Shown: positions 37,855 to 48,965, counted from the first letter of the stretch. The stretch: DNA of 64,000 nt from an uncultured Lachnospiraceae bacterium (GCA_946534915.1 CAMNDG010000001.1:122268-186267); one strand, 5' to 3'. The notes: generated by a model not told the origin, from the sequence alone. Numbers and translations: made by a program.

Positions 37855-39000
37855 TTATTCTCCTATGACCGCAGCATTTTCCATCAGCGATCTGTCCCAC
37901 CTCTCATACGCCGAAGCCTTGAGATGGATACCGTCTCCGGACAGGTCAGGCAGAAGATCCCCGTATGCGTCACAGACGTAAGGATTCATGTCGATATAAT
38001 AGATATCATGTCCGTTTGCCAAAGTACTGATCGCGTAATTTCTCTGGCAGATCACTGTATTGTTCCTGCAGCTGTCGGAACTGCTCTTCTCCTCGGAGAC
38101 ATGCATGATCGCCTGGATATAGATCAGGGCATCCGGCTGATACTCGCGGATCAATTCCAGAAGTTCCCTGTATTTCTCATAATACATGTAGGTGTTGCCG
38201 ATCCCGAGTTCATTAACGCCCAGCGCCACATAGACTTTACCGAAAGTGCGGTCACCGAGGATATCCTCGACAGTGGCGTCCCATCCCTCTTCGTCATTGT
38301 CTGTGAACCACAGTTCCTTGTCAAGAACGTTGTATACATTGATGGATTCCTTGGCGAGGAACGCTGCGTTTCCTTTAAGACTTCCGTATTCGCACAGTCC
38401 TACTGTCCTGGAATCTCCGATGAACAGAGCATCGCTGAAATAGGTGGGATCCACGGGTCCAAGTTTGAAATAGATCCCGTCTTTGGCAAATATCCCTTCC
38501 GTGTCCGTGTTGTACTCGGTATCATCGGGCGACAAAAATGCCACATTGACAACGTCATAGTCCTCTGCCTGCATGACAGGATTGCATACGCCCTCGGGGA
38601 TCGCATCCGTTCCTGCGCGGATCGCGTTCGCGGGGATCGTCTCCACCTTCTCAACGGCAGAATCCTCGGCTTCCGCGTACTCGACCGCCGGATTACCGCT
38701 CTCAGAGACTGCAGCCTCGGCAGTCAGAGCCGCAGAGGCATCCTCTGCCAAAACTTCATCTGCTTCATCTGCCTCTTCTTTTTCCTTAGGCTTAATTAAA
38801 CTCTGCCACGGATAGACCCCGTCGCGGATCCCTTCCATGACCAGCGCAAGCCCCGGTTCGGTAACAGGCGAGAACTCATATTCGCTGTACAGACTGTTTC
38901 TGCCCGTCCAGCCTATTATCATGAGCGGGAGCGAGGTGATCACCAGCACACACAGCAAAGTGTACCTCCTCCACAGCATCTGTAAAAATCTCAAGGACAT
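37855..39000 (-). CDS. SGNH/GDSL hydrolase-family protein (O-acyltransferase partner)
   Basis: IGDSRT, LGVNE and DGIH catalytic blocks; N-terminal TM helix. Confidence 0.82.
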   Translation of the reverse strand: MSLRFLQMLWRRYTLLCVLVITSLPLMIIGWTGRNSLYSEYEFSPVTEPGLALVMEGIRDGVYPWQSLIKPKEKEEADEADEVLAEDASAALTAEAAVSESGNPAVEYAEAEDSAVEKVETIPANAIRAGTDAIPEGVCNPVMQAEDYDVVNVAFLSPDDTEYNTDTEGIFAKDGIYFKLGPVDPTYFSDALFIGDSRTVGLCEYGSLKGNAAFLAKESINVYNVLDKELWFTDNDEEGWDATVEDILGDRTFGKVYVALGVNELGIGNTYMYYEKYRELLELIREYQPDALIYIQAIMHVSEEKSSSDSCRNNTVICQRNYAISTLANGHDIYYIDMNPYVCDAYGDLLPDLSGDGIHLKASAYERWDRSLMENAAVIGE

Positions 39001-39013
39001 GTCCTCCGATGCG

Positions 39014-40375
39014 TTAAAAACTGAAATACATAAACGGATTACTTTCAGAAAGCACGATCCTGTAAACGGAGATCCAGAAAACTGCCGCCAGGATCAGTAT
39101 GACGGGAAGTTTTCTCCTGTTTCTCACGATCAGCCTGTACCAGTGCGGCGTGCACAATAGAAGGCTTACCAGAAGGAAAGGCCAGTAGACCACGATCTGT
39201 TTCATGAAATCCCCTGAGTTGACATTGACGCCGTTTCCGAAAAAGGGGAAAAGTCTTTCAAAATATGTGCGCAGATCCATCAGGTCCGGGATCGCAAAGA
39301 TGACCCATGTCAGCGGTATGAAAAGCCACACATGGAGATGTCCGATGATCGGAAATGAAGAGATAATACCGTCCACCACAAATTTTTCCCAGATGATCAG
39401 GACCGCCAGCACACCTCCCCAGATAAGATAATTGGGGGTAATACCGTGCCACAGTGCAGTGAGCAGCCACACGATCAAAAGATTCCGGATCGTAATAAGA
39501 TTCCCTTTCCGGCTTCCTCCCAGCGGAATATAGACATAGTCCCGGAACCAGGCACCAAGCGTAGCATGCCACCTGCGGTAAAAGTCAGCGACACCGCACG
39601 CCCAATAGGGATGCACAAAGTTGATGACAAAATGAAAGCCCAGGATCATTCCGATCCCTGCAGCCATAAGGGAATAGCCCCAGAAATCCATATACAGTCT
39701 CAGCGAAAAACCAATGGCGCCCATCCAGGCAAGTGGAGTTGATATACTCTCAAATCCGATCTTCTCGATCTCAAGCCAGAGCATACTCAGGGGATCCGCC
39801 AGAAGGACCTTCATTCCGAGTCCCAGCACAAAGAAGAACAAGCCGTCATTGAAAGCCTTGGCGGACACTGTTCTCTCTCTCTTTTCAAATCCCACGTTGT
39901 TCCAGCGCATGATCGGGCCCTGGGTAACCTGGGGGAACATGGTAAAATAGACCACAGTGTCAATGATATCAGGCCTTCTTGTGATCTCTCCGCGGAATAG
40001 ATCCGCCTGGTAAGAGATCATCTTGAACAGATAGAAACTGAAACCGAGCGGCAGTACGACTTTGCTGTTAAGCCCTGACAGGACCTTAAAGAGTATGAGT
40101 GAACCGGCGTCGATCGCGATCGCGGCGTAAAACGCACGCTTATTGGCCGGCTTTACTCCTCCCTTATCGGCCGAGAACACCATCTGTCCCAGTATATAAT
40201 TAATGATCGTGAGGGCAGTCAGCCCCATAGCCATACGCAGCCCGCCCATGGCATAGAAAATAATGCTCCCGAAAAACAGCACTACTTCCCTGAATCTCGC
40301 GGGCGTCAAAAAATATATGGCTAAGAATATTGGGAAAAACCTGAATAAGAAAGTCAGGCTGTTGAATAATATCAT
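39014..40375 (-). CDS. MBOAT family O-acyltransferase (AlgI/DltB/PatA-like)
   Basis: PLGFSFY, FPQ..QGPI, RRWH..L..WFRDYVYIPLGGSR, LWHG. Confidence 0.9.
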   Translation of the reverse strand: MILFNSLTFLFRFFPIFLAIYFLTPARFREVVLFFGSIIFYAMGGLRMAMGLTALTIINYILGQMVFSADKGGVKPANKRAFYAAIAIDAGSLILFKVLSGLNSKVVLPLGFSFYLFKMISYQADLFRGEITRRPDIIDTVVYFTMFPQVTQGPIMRWNNVGFEKRERTVSAKAFNDGLFFFVLGLGMKVLLADPLSMLWLEIEKIGFESISTPLAWMGAIGFSLRLYMDFWGYSLMAAGIGMILGFHFVINFVHPYWACGVADFYRRWHATLGAWFRDYVYIPLGGSRKGNLITIRNLLIVWLLTALWHGITPNYLIWGGVLAVLIIWEKFVVDGIISSFPIIGHLHVWLFIPLTWVIFAIPDLMDLRTYFERLFPFFGNGVNVNSGDFMKQIVVYWPFLLVSLLLCTPHWYRLIVRNRRKLPVILILAAVFWISVYRIVLSESNPFMYFSF

Positions 40376-40417
40376 CTAATTACCTTCATGAAAGGCCGCA
40401 TGCGGCCTCATTCACTG

Positions 40418-41761
40418 CTAACTCAAAATAAGACTTCTCATCTCTCCGATAAGATACAGGGATCCAGCCGCGAAGATGCGGTCTTTCGGGTCTCTGTCAT
40501 TTATAAAACTCTCCACGGCATCCTTAACGGACTTAGTTTCGTGGATGTTCATTCCGGAGGAGTATCTGTTCATATATTGCCGGAGCGAATAAGCGTCCAG
40601 TGCTCTCTTTCCGGCCATCGGCACAGCGACTAAATCCGTAAAGACTCCGGATCTGCAGATCATTTCCAGTTCTTTTGAATAATCCTTGTCGCTGACGCAG
40701 GAAAAGAGCAGGATCCTGCGCCCGTCGCCGCTGTGAGCTTTCTGACCACAGATCCCGCGCGCGCTTTCTAAAAATGCCCTGATCCCGTCAGGATTGTGCG
40801 CTCCGTCGATCCATACGCCCGGCTGTATCTCTTCCATCCTTCCTGGCCAGAAGCATTTTTCGATGCCTCTCTCAATTATTTCGGGATCATATCTTCCTTC
40901 TTTTCTCAGAAGGATCCCGCAGGCTGTCGCTGCAAGCGACGCATTTTCACACTGGTACAGAGCTCCGCCCTTGAGAGTGATCCGCAGATTTTTATCATAA
41001 CGACTGTCCAGTGAAAAATCAATGCCATTATCGTCCGCACGTTCCACTTTCCACATATCCGGTGACACTTCAAAAACCGGCGCGCAGACTTCCTCTGCCT
41101 TTTCCAAGATCACTTCATATGCCTCCCGGGGCTCTGTTAGAAAGACGGCGGGACAGTTTTTTCTCAGTATGCCCGCTTTCTCTCCCGCGATCTCAGCTTC
41201 TGTATTTCCCAGCAGCGCTGTATGATCGAGTCCGATTCGGGTTATGACAGCAGCTTCTTTCTCTTCCACCGCGTTTGTCGCATCCAGGCGTCCTCCCAGA
41301 CCTGTCTCCAGAACGACATAGTCCGGCTTCTTTTCCGAGAACCAGAGCATTGCCATCATAAAAAGCATTTCAAAATAGAGAAGATGTGGAAGTCCCTCCT
41401 CTGCGGCGCGCAGACACTCCTGTTTTACTCTCGAAAACAGAGCAAGGAATTCCTCTTCAGGGATCATCTCGCCGTCTATGCTTATTCTCTCCCTGATCAC
41501 AGAAAGATGAGGGGAAATAAAGAGACCGGTGCTGAAGCCTGCTTCCCGCAGACAGGACGCGATCTGGGCACATACGCTCCCTTTTCCGTTTGTGCCGGCA
41601 ACATGGACGATCCTGAGTCCTCTCTCAGGATTCCCGAATCTTGCCAGATACTTCCTGATATTCTCCAGGGAACTCTTATTCGTGAATCTGGGAGTGGAGT
41701 CGAGGTAGTCTTCCGCCTCACGCATACTGATAATAGTTTGCTGCTGCCTGTTACTGCTCAT
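40418..41761 (-). CDS. folC: Folylpolyglutamate synthase/dihydrofolate synthase
   Basis: HVAGTNGKGS, ETGLGGRLDATN, DGAHN. Confidence 0.95.
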   Translation of the reverse strand: MSSNRQQQTIISMREAEDYLDSTPRFTNKSSLENIRKYLARFGNPERGLRIVHVAGTNGKGSVCAQIASCLREAGFSTGLFISPHLSVIRERISIDGEMIPEEEFLALFSRVKQECLRAAEEGLPHLLYFEMLFMMAMLWFSEKKPDYVVLETGLGGRLDATNAVEEKEAAVITRIGLDHTALLGNTEAEIAGEKAGILRKNCPAVFLTEPREAYEVILEKAEEVCAPVFEVSPDMWKVERADDNGIDFSLDSRYDKNLRITLKGGALYQCENASLAATACGILLRKEGRYDPEIIERGIEKCFWPGRMEEIQPGVWIDGAHNPDGIRAFLESARGICGQKAHSGDGRRILLFSCVSDKDYSKELEMICRSGVFTDLVAVPMAGKRALDAYSLRQYMNRYSSGMNIHETKSVKDAVESFINDRDPKDRIFAAGSLYLIGEMRSLILS

Positions 41762-41867
41762 GCCGGCGTTTTCCTTTCAGAAACTGATGGATGAAGATAT
41801 GCAAATGCGCGGTCGGAACGGCCGCGCATTGCACTTTTAATCGATCTGTCAATTGATCAATAGTTGA

Positions 41868-44570
41868 TTATCCGAGCTTTTTAAGGTTCTCCAGTTCCTC
41901 CCGGACACCCTTCATCTGCTCTTCATATGCTCTCTGTTTTTCCCTCTCTGCCTCGATCTTGGCAGCGGGAGCCTTAGCCAGGAACTTCTCGTTGCTAAGC
42001 ATGCCGGCGCTTCTCTTAAGCTCTCCCTGCAGCCTCTTTTCTTCCTTCTCAAGTCTTGCGATCTCTGCGGAGACATCCATAAGATCTGCCAGAGGCAGAT
42101 AGAGCGCCGCAAAAGGAAGGATCACACTGAGGGCTCCGTCCGGAACTGCCGATTTATCTGTGCACAGAACTGTGTCAGAAGCGGACGCAAGTGTCTCGAA
42201 GAACACCTTGTTTTCCGAGAACATATCAAGGACTTCATTCTTGTCGGAAACAACGTAGATCTTGGCCTTTCTTGAAGGAGCGACCTGTCTGTCGTTTCTG
42301 ACGGCGCGGACCGCGCGGACCGCGTCCTTGATATTCTCGATCGTCTCTTCCTCTTTGGAGAATTTGAGATCCTCGCGGAATACCGGCCAGGAAGAGATCA
42401 TGATGGACTCCTCGCTGCTCTGCACAGTTGTGAAGATCTCCTCCGTGATGAAAGGCATATACGGATGCAGGAGCTTGAGGCCTGTGACCAGGACTTTCTG
42501 AAGGGTCCACAGAGCGGCCATTCTGCTGTCTGTATCATCCGTCTTGTAAAGTCTGGGCTTGACCATCTCGATATACCAGTCGCAGAACTCGTCCCACATG
42601 AAGTCGTAGATCTTCTGGACTGCGATACCAAGCTCAAATTTATCCATATTATCGGTCACTGCCTGAACAGTATCGTTGAGGCGGGACAGGATCCATTTGT
42701 CCTCCGCCTGGATCGCGGCGGGCACTTTGTCAGCGTCGATGAGCGCTTTAAGCGCTGCCTCATCCGCGGATCCCTCTTCAGGAAGGTTCATCATGATAAA
42801 TCTGGATGCGTTCCAGATCTTATTTGCGAAGTTTCTGTTCGCGATGACTCTCTCATCGTAGAAACGCATGTCGTTTCCGGGCGCGTTTCCTGTGATCAGT
42901 GTCATTCTCAGAGCGTCTGCGCCGTAGTCCCTTATGATCTGCAGAGGATCAATGCCGTTTCCGAGGGACTTGGACATCTTGCGGCCCTGGGAATCCCTGA
43001 CAAGTCCGTGGAAGAGAACACTCTTAAAGGGTCTCTCCCCCATCTGCTCATAGCCGGAGAAGATCATTCTGATGACCCAGAAAAAGATGATATCATAGCC
43101 CGTCACCAGAACATCCGTCGGGTAGAAGTACTTGAGGTCCTCGGTCATTTCCGGCCATCCCAATGTGCTGAAAGGCCACAGGGCACTGGAGAACCAGGTG
43201 TCGAGAGTGTCGGGATCCTGCGTGAAGTGTGTGCAGCCGCACTTAGGGCACACGGAAGGAGCCTCTTTGGCAACGACCGTCTCGCCGCACTCGTCACAGT
43301 AATAAGCGGGGATCCTGTGGCCCCACCAGAGCTGGCGGCTGATGCACCAGTCGCGGATGTTGTCGGTCCAGTTGAAATAGGTCTTCTCCATTCTCCCAGG
43401 GATCAGACGGATCTCGCCTTCCTTGACAGCCTTGACTGCAGGCTTTATCAGCTCGTCCATCTTCACGAACCACTGCTGCTTGATCAGGGGCTCAACCGTA
43501 GTGCCGCATCTGTCATGTGTACCTACGTTGTGAGTGTAGTCCTCAATGCGGACTAAAAGACCCATCTCATCCAATTCCTTGACGATCTGTGCCCTTGCCT
43601 CATATCTGTCCATGCCGCAGAACTTGCCGCCGTTCTCGTTGATGGTGGCGTTGTCGTTCATGATGTTGATCTCGGGCAGGTTATGACGCTTTCCGACCTC
43701 GAAGTCGTTAGGGTCGTGAGCAGGTGTGATCTTAACGACGCCGGTACCGAATTCTCTGTCTACGTATTCATCAGCGACGATCGGGATCTTTCTGTCCACG
43801 AAAGGAAGCCATACATAGCGGCCGATCAGATTATTATAGCGGTCATCATCAGGATGAACTGCAACTGCCGTATCGCCGAGCATAGTCTCGGGACGTGTCG
43901 TCGCGAACTCCAGGAAAGTAGTCTTGGAGATTGAACCATCCTCTTCGATGAGAGGATATTTGATGTGCCAGAAGTGGCCTGCCTGTTCCTCGTACTGCAC
44001 TTCCGCGTCGGAGATTGAGGTGTTGCAGATGGGACACCAGTTGATGATCCTGCTGCCCTTATAGATCCAGCCCTTCTTGTACATCTTCACGAAGACTTCT
44101 GTTACGGCCTTATTGCAGCCCTCGTCCATGGTGAAGCGCTCGCGGTCCCAGTCACAGGAAGATCCGAGCTTCTTGAGCTGATTTACGATCCTTCCGCCGT
44201 ACTCCTTGCGCCAGTCCCAGCAATACTCGAGGAACTTCTCACGGCCAAGGTCCTGCTTGCTGATGCCCTGCTCTTTGAGATTATTGATGATCTTGACTTC
44301 CGTCGCGATGGAAGCGTGGTCCGTTCCGGGCTGCCAGAGGGTATTGAATCCCTGCATGCGTTTCCAGCGGATCAGAATGTCCTGCATCGTATTGTCCAGG
44401 GCGTGGCCCATGTGGAGCTGTCCCGTGATATTCGGCGGGGGGATTACGATCGTGAAGGGGGTCTTCGTGTGGTCCACTTCAGCGTGGAAGTACTTCTTAT
44501 CCTCCCAGTTTTTATAGATCCGGTCCTCGATTCCCTGAGGATCATAAGTCTTGGCGAGCATCTTTCGCAT
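41868..44570 (-). CDS. valS: Valine--tRNA ligase
   Basis: PPPNITGQLHMGH, DWCISRQLWWGH, KMSKS, C-terminal coiled coil. Confidence 0.97.
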   Translation of the reverse strand: MRKMLAKTYDPQGIEDRIYKNWEDKKYFHAEVDHTKTPFTIVIPPPNITGQLHMGHALDNTMQDILIRWKRMQGFNTLWQPGTDHASIATEVKIINNLKEQGISKQDLGREKFLEYCWDWRKEYGGRIVNQLKKLGSSCDWDRERFTMDEGCNKAVTEVFVKMYKKGWIYKGSRIINWCPICNTSISDAEVQYEEQAGHFWHIKYPLIEEDGSISKTTFLEFATTRPETMLGDTAVAVHPDDDRYNNLIGRYVWLPFVDRKIPIVADEYVDREFGTGVVKITPAHDPNDFEVGKRHNLPEINIMNDNATINENGGKFCGMDRYEARAQIVKELDEMGLLVRIEDYTHNVGTHDRCGTTVEPLIKQQWFVKMDELIKPAVKAVKEGEIRLIPGRMEKTYFNWTDNIRDWCISRQLWWGHRIPAYYCDECGETVVAKEAPSVCPKCGCTHFTQDPDTLDTWFSSALWPFSTLGWPEMTEDLKYFYPTDVLVTGYDIIFFWVIRMIFSGYEQMGERPFKSVLFHGLVRDSQGRKMSKSLGNGIDPLQIIRDYGADALRMTLITGNAPGNDMRFYDERVIANRNFANKIWNASRFIMMNLPEEGSADEAALKALIDADKVPAAIQAEDKWILSRLNDTVQAVTDNMDKFELGIAVQKIYDFMWDEFCDWYIEMVKPRLYKTDDTDSRMAALWTLQKVLVTGLKLLHPYMPFITEEIFTTVQSSEESIMISSWPVFREDLKFSKEEETIENIKDAVRAVRAVRNDRQVAPSRKAKIYVVSDKNEVLDMFSENKVFFETLASASDTVLCTDKSAVPDGALSVILPFAALYLPLADLMDVSAEIARLEKEEKRLQGELKRSAGMLSNEKFLAKAPAAKIEAEREKQRAYEEQMKGVREELENLKKLG

Positions 44571-44706
44571 GTTCTCTTCTCCTTGGTTGTCTGTATAGTT
44601 AAACAAGTAAAACACGGCAGCCCCGTATTTTACGCATTATGAACAAAATATACCGCGTCACACTGTTTTGTCAATTCCCGTGTGAGGACAGAGACTTCTT
44701 TAACGG

Positions 44707-44904
44707 TCAAAGGAACTGATTGCGCGCGGAGATATAGTCATAATCCGCTTCTTTGAGCTTTTTTGTGATCTCTTCTTTGTCGAGCTCCAGGTCTTCGCAG
44801 AGAGCATCCAGAGTCGGATAATGGTCTCTTAGCTTCATATTGAGAAAGCTGGCGAGCATATCGGGATCTTCGGGCAGCATAGTCTCCTCCTTCTTTTCAG
44901 GCAC
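44707..44904 (-). CDS. DUF4250 family protein
   Basis: LP.DP.ML.SFLNMKLRD.Y..LD.LC...NQF pattern. Confidence 0.75.
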   Translation of the reverse strand: MPEKKEETMLPEDPDMLASFLNMKLRDHYPTLDALCEDLELDKEEITKKLKEADYDYISARNQFL

Positions 44905-45028
44905 CGCTCTTTTCCTGTTTTGGCATCATTTTGTGCAAAACTGAATAATCTGCGGTGCAGAATTCTTCTGATAATGATATAATACATATTCGCAACGTAA
45001 ACAATTGTACCATAAATTGTGAGTTACT

Positions 45029-45766
45029 ATGACAGAAACCTCCAAAAATTCAACAGAAAATAAAGTCTCAGCGCATGAACTTCCCTGGTTTGTGCGGGGA
45101 CTTCGCGACGGTATCCCCATCTGTATGGGATATTTCGCCGTATCTTTTGCACTGGGGATCACAGCAAGAGGCGTTGGAATGAACGCGCTGCAGGCGGGCC
45201 TTATGTCACTGGGCATGGTGGCTTCGGCCGGGGAGTACGCTGCGATCGTCCTGATCGGGTCCTCCGCGGGTGTCTTCGAGATGATCACCACCTGTATCGT
45301 GGTCAATCTCCGGTATTTCCTTATGAGCTGTTCGCTCTCCCAGAAGCTCAGCCCGGATCTGCCCTTTTATCACCGTTTTCTGCTGCCCTATTGCATCACA
45401 GACGAGATATTCGGACTCTCCTCCGCTGTTCAGGGATGGCTGGACCCCAGATACTCCTACGGCATGACAATTATCTCTGTGGCCGGATGGACCACCGGTA
45501 CGGTTCTGGGCGTACTCTTGGGAAACATAATGCCCGCATGGGCGGTTAACGCGCTGAGCGTCTCGCTCTACGGCATGTTCCTGGCGATTATCATCCCTCC
45601 CTCGAGAAAAGACAGGTTTATCGCAGGTCTCGTGGTCATCTCCATGGCGGCAAGCGGCCTGTTTTCAGTCCTGCCCCTGTTAAGGGAAATTTCGGGCGGC
45701 TTTAAGGTGATCATCCTCACGCTCCTGATCGCGGGAGCCGCAGCCTTCATCCACCCTATTGAATAA
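45029..45766 (+). CDS. azlC: AzlC family branched-chain amino acid exporter
   Basis: PICMGYFAVSFALG, VNLRY, ITDEIF. Confidence 0.88.
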   Translation: MTETSKNSTENKVSAHELPWFVRGLRDGIPICMGYFAVSFALGITARGVGMNALQAGLMSLGMVASAGEYAAIVLIGSSAGVFEMITTCIVVNLRYFLMSCSLSQKLSPDLPFYHRFLLPYCITDEIFGLSSAVQGWLDPRYSYGMTIISVAGWTTGTVLGVLLGNIMPAWAVNALSVSLYGMFLAIIIPPSRKDRFIAGLVVISMAASGLFSVLPLLREISGGFKVIILTLLIAGAAAFIHPIE

Positions 45767-45776
45767 GGAGGTCAAT

Positions 45777-46082
45777 ATGAATCCGGGAATTTATCCTTCG
45801 CTTCTGATCATGTGCCTGACAGTATACTGTATCAGAATGCTTCCCTTTCTAGTTTTCAAAAAAGAGATCACGAACCGCTGGCTCCGCTCTTTCCTCTACT
45901 ATGTGCCTTATGTCACGCTCGCCGTTATGACCTTTCCCGCAATCGTCACAGCGACGGACAACATCTGGTCCGGGATCGCGGCACTGGTCGTGGGACTTCT
46001 GGCCGCGTGGTTTAACGGGGACCTGTTCTTTGTGGCGGTATCCTGCTGCGCGACAGTATTTTTGACGGGATTGTTCCTCTGA
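45777..46082 (+). CDS. azlD: AzlD domain protein
   Basis: IRMLPF...FLYYVPY; follows azlC; RBS AAGGAGG. Confidence 0.85.
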   Translation: MNPGIYPSLLIMCLTVYCIRMLPFLVFKKEITNRWLRSFLYYVPYVTLAVMTFPAIVTATDNIWSGIAALVVGLLAAWFNGDLFFVAVSCCATVFLTGLFL

Positions 46083-46216
46083 ATGCGCATTCTGAGCGGA
46101 TATCCGTTTATTAATTTTTAATACTCTTTTTTCCTTTTCTTTCTTGCATTCGCTATTCTATTATCTACAATTAATACGAATGGCAAACCTTTTGATAAAG
46201 GAACGTGATAATACTT

Positions 46217-46624
46217 ATGTTTAATGAATTAAGATATCGTTTTTCCAAATTTATGCAGGGAAGATATGGTGTGGACAGCCTTTCCCGCTTCCTCTCCATA
46301 GTTCTTCTGGCGATCATAATCCTGGGAATGTTCATAAGGATCCCGCTTTCCGGAACGATCACCCTTGTGATCCTCGTCATCCTTTACTGGAGAATGTTCT
46401 CCAGAAATATTCCCAAGAGATACGAAGAGAACCAGAAGTTTCTTCAGATCAGGGATAAGCTTTTGGGGCGCTTCTCCGATTTTGGCAGCAACATGTCGCA
46501 GATGAAGGATTACCACATCTACAAATGCCCCAGATGCAACCAGAAGATCCGCATCCCCCGGGGGAAGGGACATATCATGGTGAGATGCCCCAAATGCGGA
46601 TACGAGTTCCACAAGAAAAGCTGA
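46217..46624 (+). CDS. Membrane protein with a C-terminal zinc finger
   Basis: FMQGRYGVD, two TM helices, CPRCxQKIRIPRGKG...CPKC. Confidence 0.75.
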   Translation: MFNELRYRFSKFMQGRYGVDSLSRFLSIVLLAIIILGMFIRIPLSGTITLVILVILYWRMFSRNIPKRYEENQKFLQIRDKLLGRFSDFGSNMSQMKDYHIYKCPRCNQKIRIPRGKGHIMVRCPKCGYEFHKKS

Positions 46625-46719
46625 CTTAAGCGGCCGGTCCACCGGCCGTTTTTCTTTGTAAAATCATTATCTTCTGTTTATAATATCCTTCATAAATGAT
46701 TAACAGAAAGGATCCCTAT

Positions 46720-47622
46720 ATGTTCGGATATGTTGTCGTCAGCGAACAGGATCTTAAGATCCGCGAGTTCAACCTGTACCGCTCCTATTACTGCGGAATG
46801 TGCATGGATCTCAAGGAGCACTACGGGCAGGCCGGAAGACTGACGCTTAGCTATGACACAGTTTTTCTCGCGCTTCTTCTGACAAGCCTGTATGAACCGG
46901 CAGACTTGAAGCGGGACATCCGCTGCGCTGTCCACCCGGTGGAAAAGCACGCGGCGAGGCAGAATGAATATACGCGATACGCGGCAGACGTAAATATCAT
47001 TCTCTCCTACTATTCCTGTCTGGATGACTGGAATGATGAAAAAGATCCCAAGAAGAGAATGTTCGCCGCTCTGTTAAAGAATAAAAGTGATAAGGCCTGT
47101 TCGCTGTATCCGGAAAAAGCTGCAGTGATCCGGGAGAAACTCTCTGAGCTCAATGAACTTGAAAAAAAAGCTCGAAACGGGGAGGAACCCGGACTGACCC
47201 CGGCAGTTCTTCTGGACAGGGCCGGCAGTATTTTCGGAGATCTGCTTGCAGAGGTGTTCGACTGCAGGAAGGATACATGGAGTCCTGCGCTCAGGAGAGT
47301 CGGCTTCCATTTGGGCAAATTCATCTACATTTTGGACGCATACGACGACCTGGAGAAAGATGAAAAGAACGGAAGTTTTAACCCTCTTCTGGGCATGAAA
47401 GATAAACCACATCTCGACGACTATGTCCGCGGTGTTCTGACCATGACTCTCTCGGACTGCACAGGCGCATTTGAGACACTTCCTGTCGTAGAAAATATTG
47501 ATATCCTTCGAAATATATTGTATTGTGGAATATGGTGTAAATTTGAAGAAGTATTCAGGAAACGCACCGGAGTGACGGAAAACTCCGGCGAATCCACGGA
47601 AAGGACCGCACAAGATGAGTGA
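46720..47622 (+). CDS. DUF5685 family protein
   Basis: MFGYV...YYCGMC..L...YG...RLTLSYD and IYILDAYDD motifs. Confidence 0.75.
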   Translation: MFGYVVVSEQDLKIREFNLYRSYYCGMCMDLKEHYGQAGRLTLSYDTVFLALLLTSLYEPADLKRDIRCAVHPVEKHAARQNEYTRYAADVNIILSYYSCLDDWNDEKDPKKRMFAALLKNKSDKACSLYPEKAAVIREKLSELNELEKKARNGEEPGLTPAVLLDRAGSIFGDLLAEVFDCRKDTWSPALRRVGFHLGKFIYILDAYDDLEKDEKNGSFNPLLGMKDKPHLDDYVRGVLTMTLSDCTGAFETLPVVENIDILRNILYCGIWCKFEEVFRKRTGVTENSGESTERTAQDE

Positions 47623-48355
47623 TCCGTATAAAGTTCTCGGCGTCGAGAGAGACGCCTCAGACGATGAGATCAAGAAAGCATACCGGAATCTGAGTAAGAA
47701 GTATCACCCGGATGCCAATATCAACAATCCCAACAAAGATAAGGCTGAGGAGATGTTCAAGCTTGTTCAGGAAGCATATCAGCAGATCATCTACGAGCGG
47801 CAGCATCCTTACGCGTCCGCCGGCAGCCAGAGTTATGGAAATACAAATACAGGAAGCAACACTACCTACGCTAATGGTCAGGGCTACAACGGCCAGTTCT
47901 ATACCAGCTGGGAAGATTTCTTTAACGATTTCTTCGCGGGCGCGTACGGCGGTCAGTATCAGCAGCAGTATAATCAGGCAATGAGCAGCGATTATCAGAG
48001 ATATATGAACGCCGCGGCCAGTTATATTAACGCAAGGCGTTACAATGAAGCTCTCAATGTCCTTAGCAATGTTGAGGACCACAGCGCTCTTTGGTACTAC
48101 TACAGCGCCATCGCAAACGCCGGACTCGGTAATCATGCCCAGGCTCTGGAATACGCTACGATCGCTGCTGAAATGGAGCCGAACAACTACTCCTACCAGA
48201 ATCTGGTCACGCAGCTCAGAAGAGGGAGCAACATGTATCAGCAGCGTCAGGCCAACTACGTCCAGCCTTATGACAGCGGCGGCTGGTGCCTGAGGCTCTG
48301 CCTGCTCAACATGTTTCTCAATCTTTTCTGCGGCGGAAGGTTCTTCTGCTGCTGA
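47615..48355 (+). CDS. J-domain protein with TPR and Cys-rich C-terminus
   Basis: DPYKVLGV...KYHPD J-domain, TPR-like middle, C-terminal Cys cluster. Confidence 0.85.
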   Translation: MSDPYKVLGVERDASDDEIKKAYRNLSKKYHPDANINNPNKDKAEEMFKLVQEAYQQIIYERQHPYASAGSQSYGNTNTGSNTTYANGQGYNGQFYTSWEDFFNDFFAGAYGGQYQQQYNQAMSSDYQRYMNAAASYINARRYNEALNVLSNVEDHSALWYYYSAIANAGLGNHAQALEYATIAAEMEPNNYSYQNLVTQLRRGSNMYQQRQANYVQPYDSGGWCLRLCLLNMFLNLFCGGRFFCC

Positions 48356-48382
48356 CCGCAAACTCAATATCACTAGAACAAT

Positions 48383-48416
48383 AAAAAGGCTGCCGCGTCT
48401 GCGACAGCCTTTTTTT
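48383..48416. terminator. Bidirectional terminator
   Basis: AAAAAGGCTG.CGC...GCGACAGCCTTTTTT between convergent genes. Confidence 0.7.
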
Positions 48417-48436
48417 CTTTCTTTATCGATTCGGGA

Positions 48437-48943
48437 TCAGCGGTTTCTGCCGTGGCACTTTTTGTATTTTTTGCCGGATCCGCAGGGGCAGGGATCGTTG
48501 GGATAGATCTTGGCGGGCTTTCTGACAGTACCGCTCTCCTTCTGCTCCTTGTACAGTTCTTTTCTCTTTTCCTCGTCGAAAATGGGCTCCCACTCCTCAA
48601 GGTCATAGAGCCAGTCGGCGCCGGCCGCCACCATGTTCTTGTAGAGAAGTTCCTTGTCAAATCCGAGGTTTACAACTGTATTCTCATCCATTTCCTCAAT
48701 AGGATTGGGCTCCTTGAGGGAATCGTTGATCCCGTCCAGGAAACCTGTCATTGTCATGAGGTCTACGTCAAATTTCTCTGCGAGTTCACTGACTGTACCG
48801 GTCACCACCTCATCGGGATTTTTGAGGATCTCCGCGTAAATGCTCTTTTCTTTGGCAAAATAGTCAGCCCACATTCTCTGAAGATCGCCCTTATTAGCTT
48901 TCTCATTGTAAGCTTTATCTCTCCACTGTTGTAAAATACCCAT
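48437..48943 (-). CDS. SEC-C metal-binding domain protein
   Basis: C-terminal NDPCPCGSGKKYKKCH. Confidence 0.85.
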   Translation of the reverse strand: MGILQQWRDKAYNEKANKGDLQRMWADYFAKEKSIYAEILKNPDEVVTGTVSELAEKFDVDLMTMTGFLDGINDSLKEPNPIEEMDENTVVNLGFDKELLYKNMVAAGADWLYDLEEWEPIFDEEKRKELYKEQKESGTVRKPAKIYPNDPCPCGSGKKYKKCHGRNR

Positions 48944-48965
48944 TTGAATACCACCTTTCTTAGTA

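Noticed and set aside
44571-44700. T-box riboswitch upstream of valS
   Set aside because: The leader is short, has a nearby TTGACA..TATATT promoter-like site, and shows no T-box consensus or terminator.
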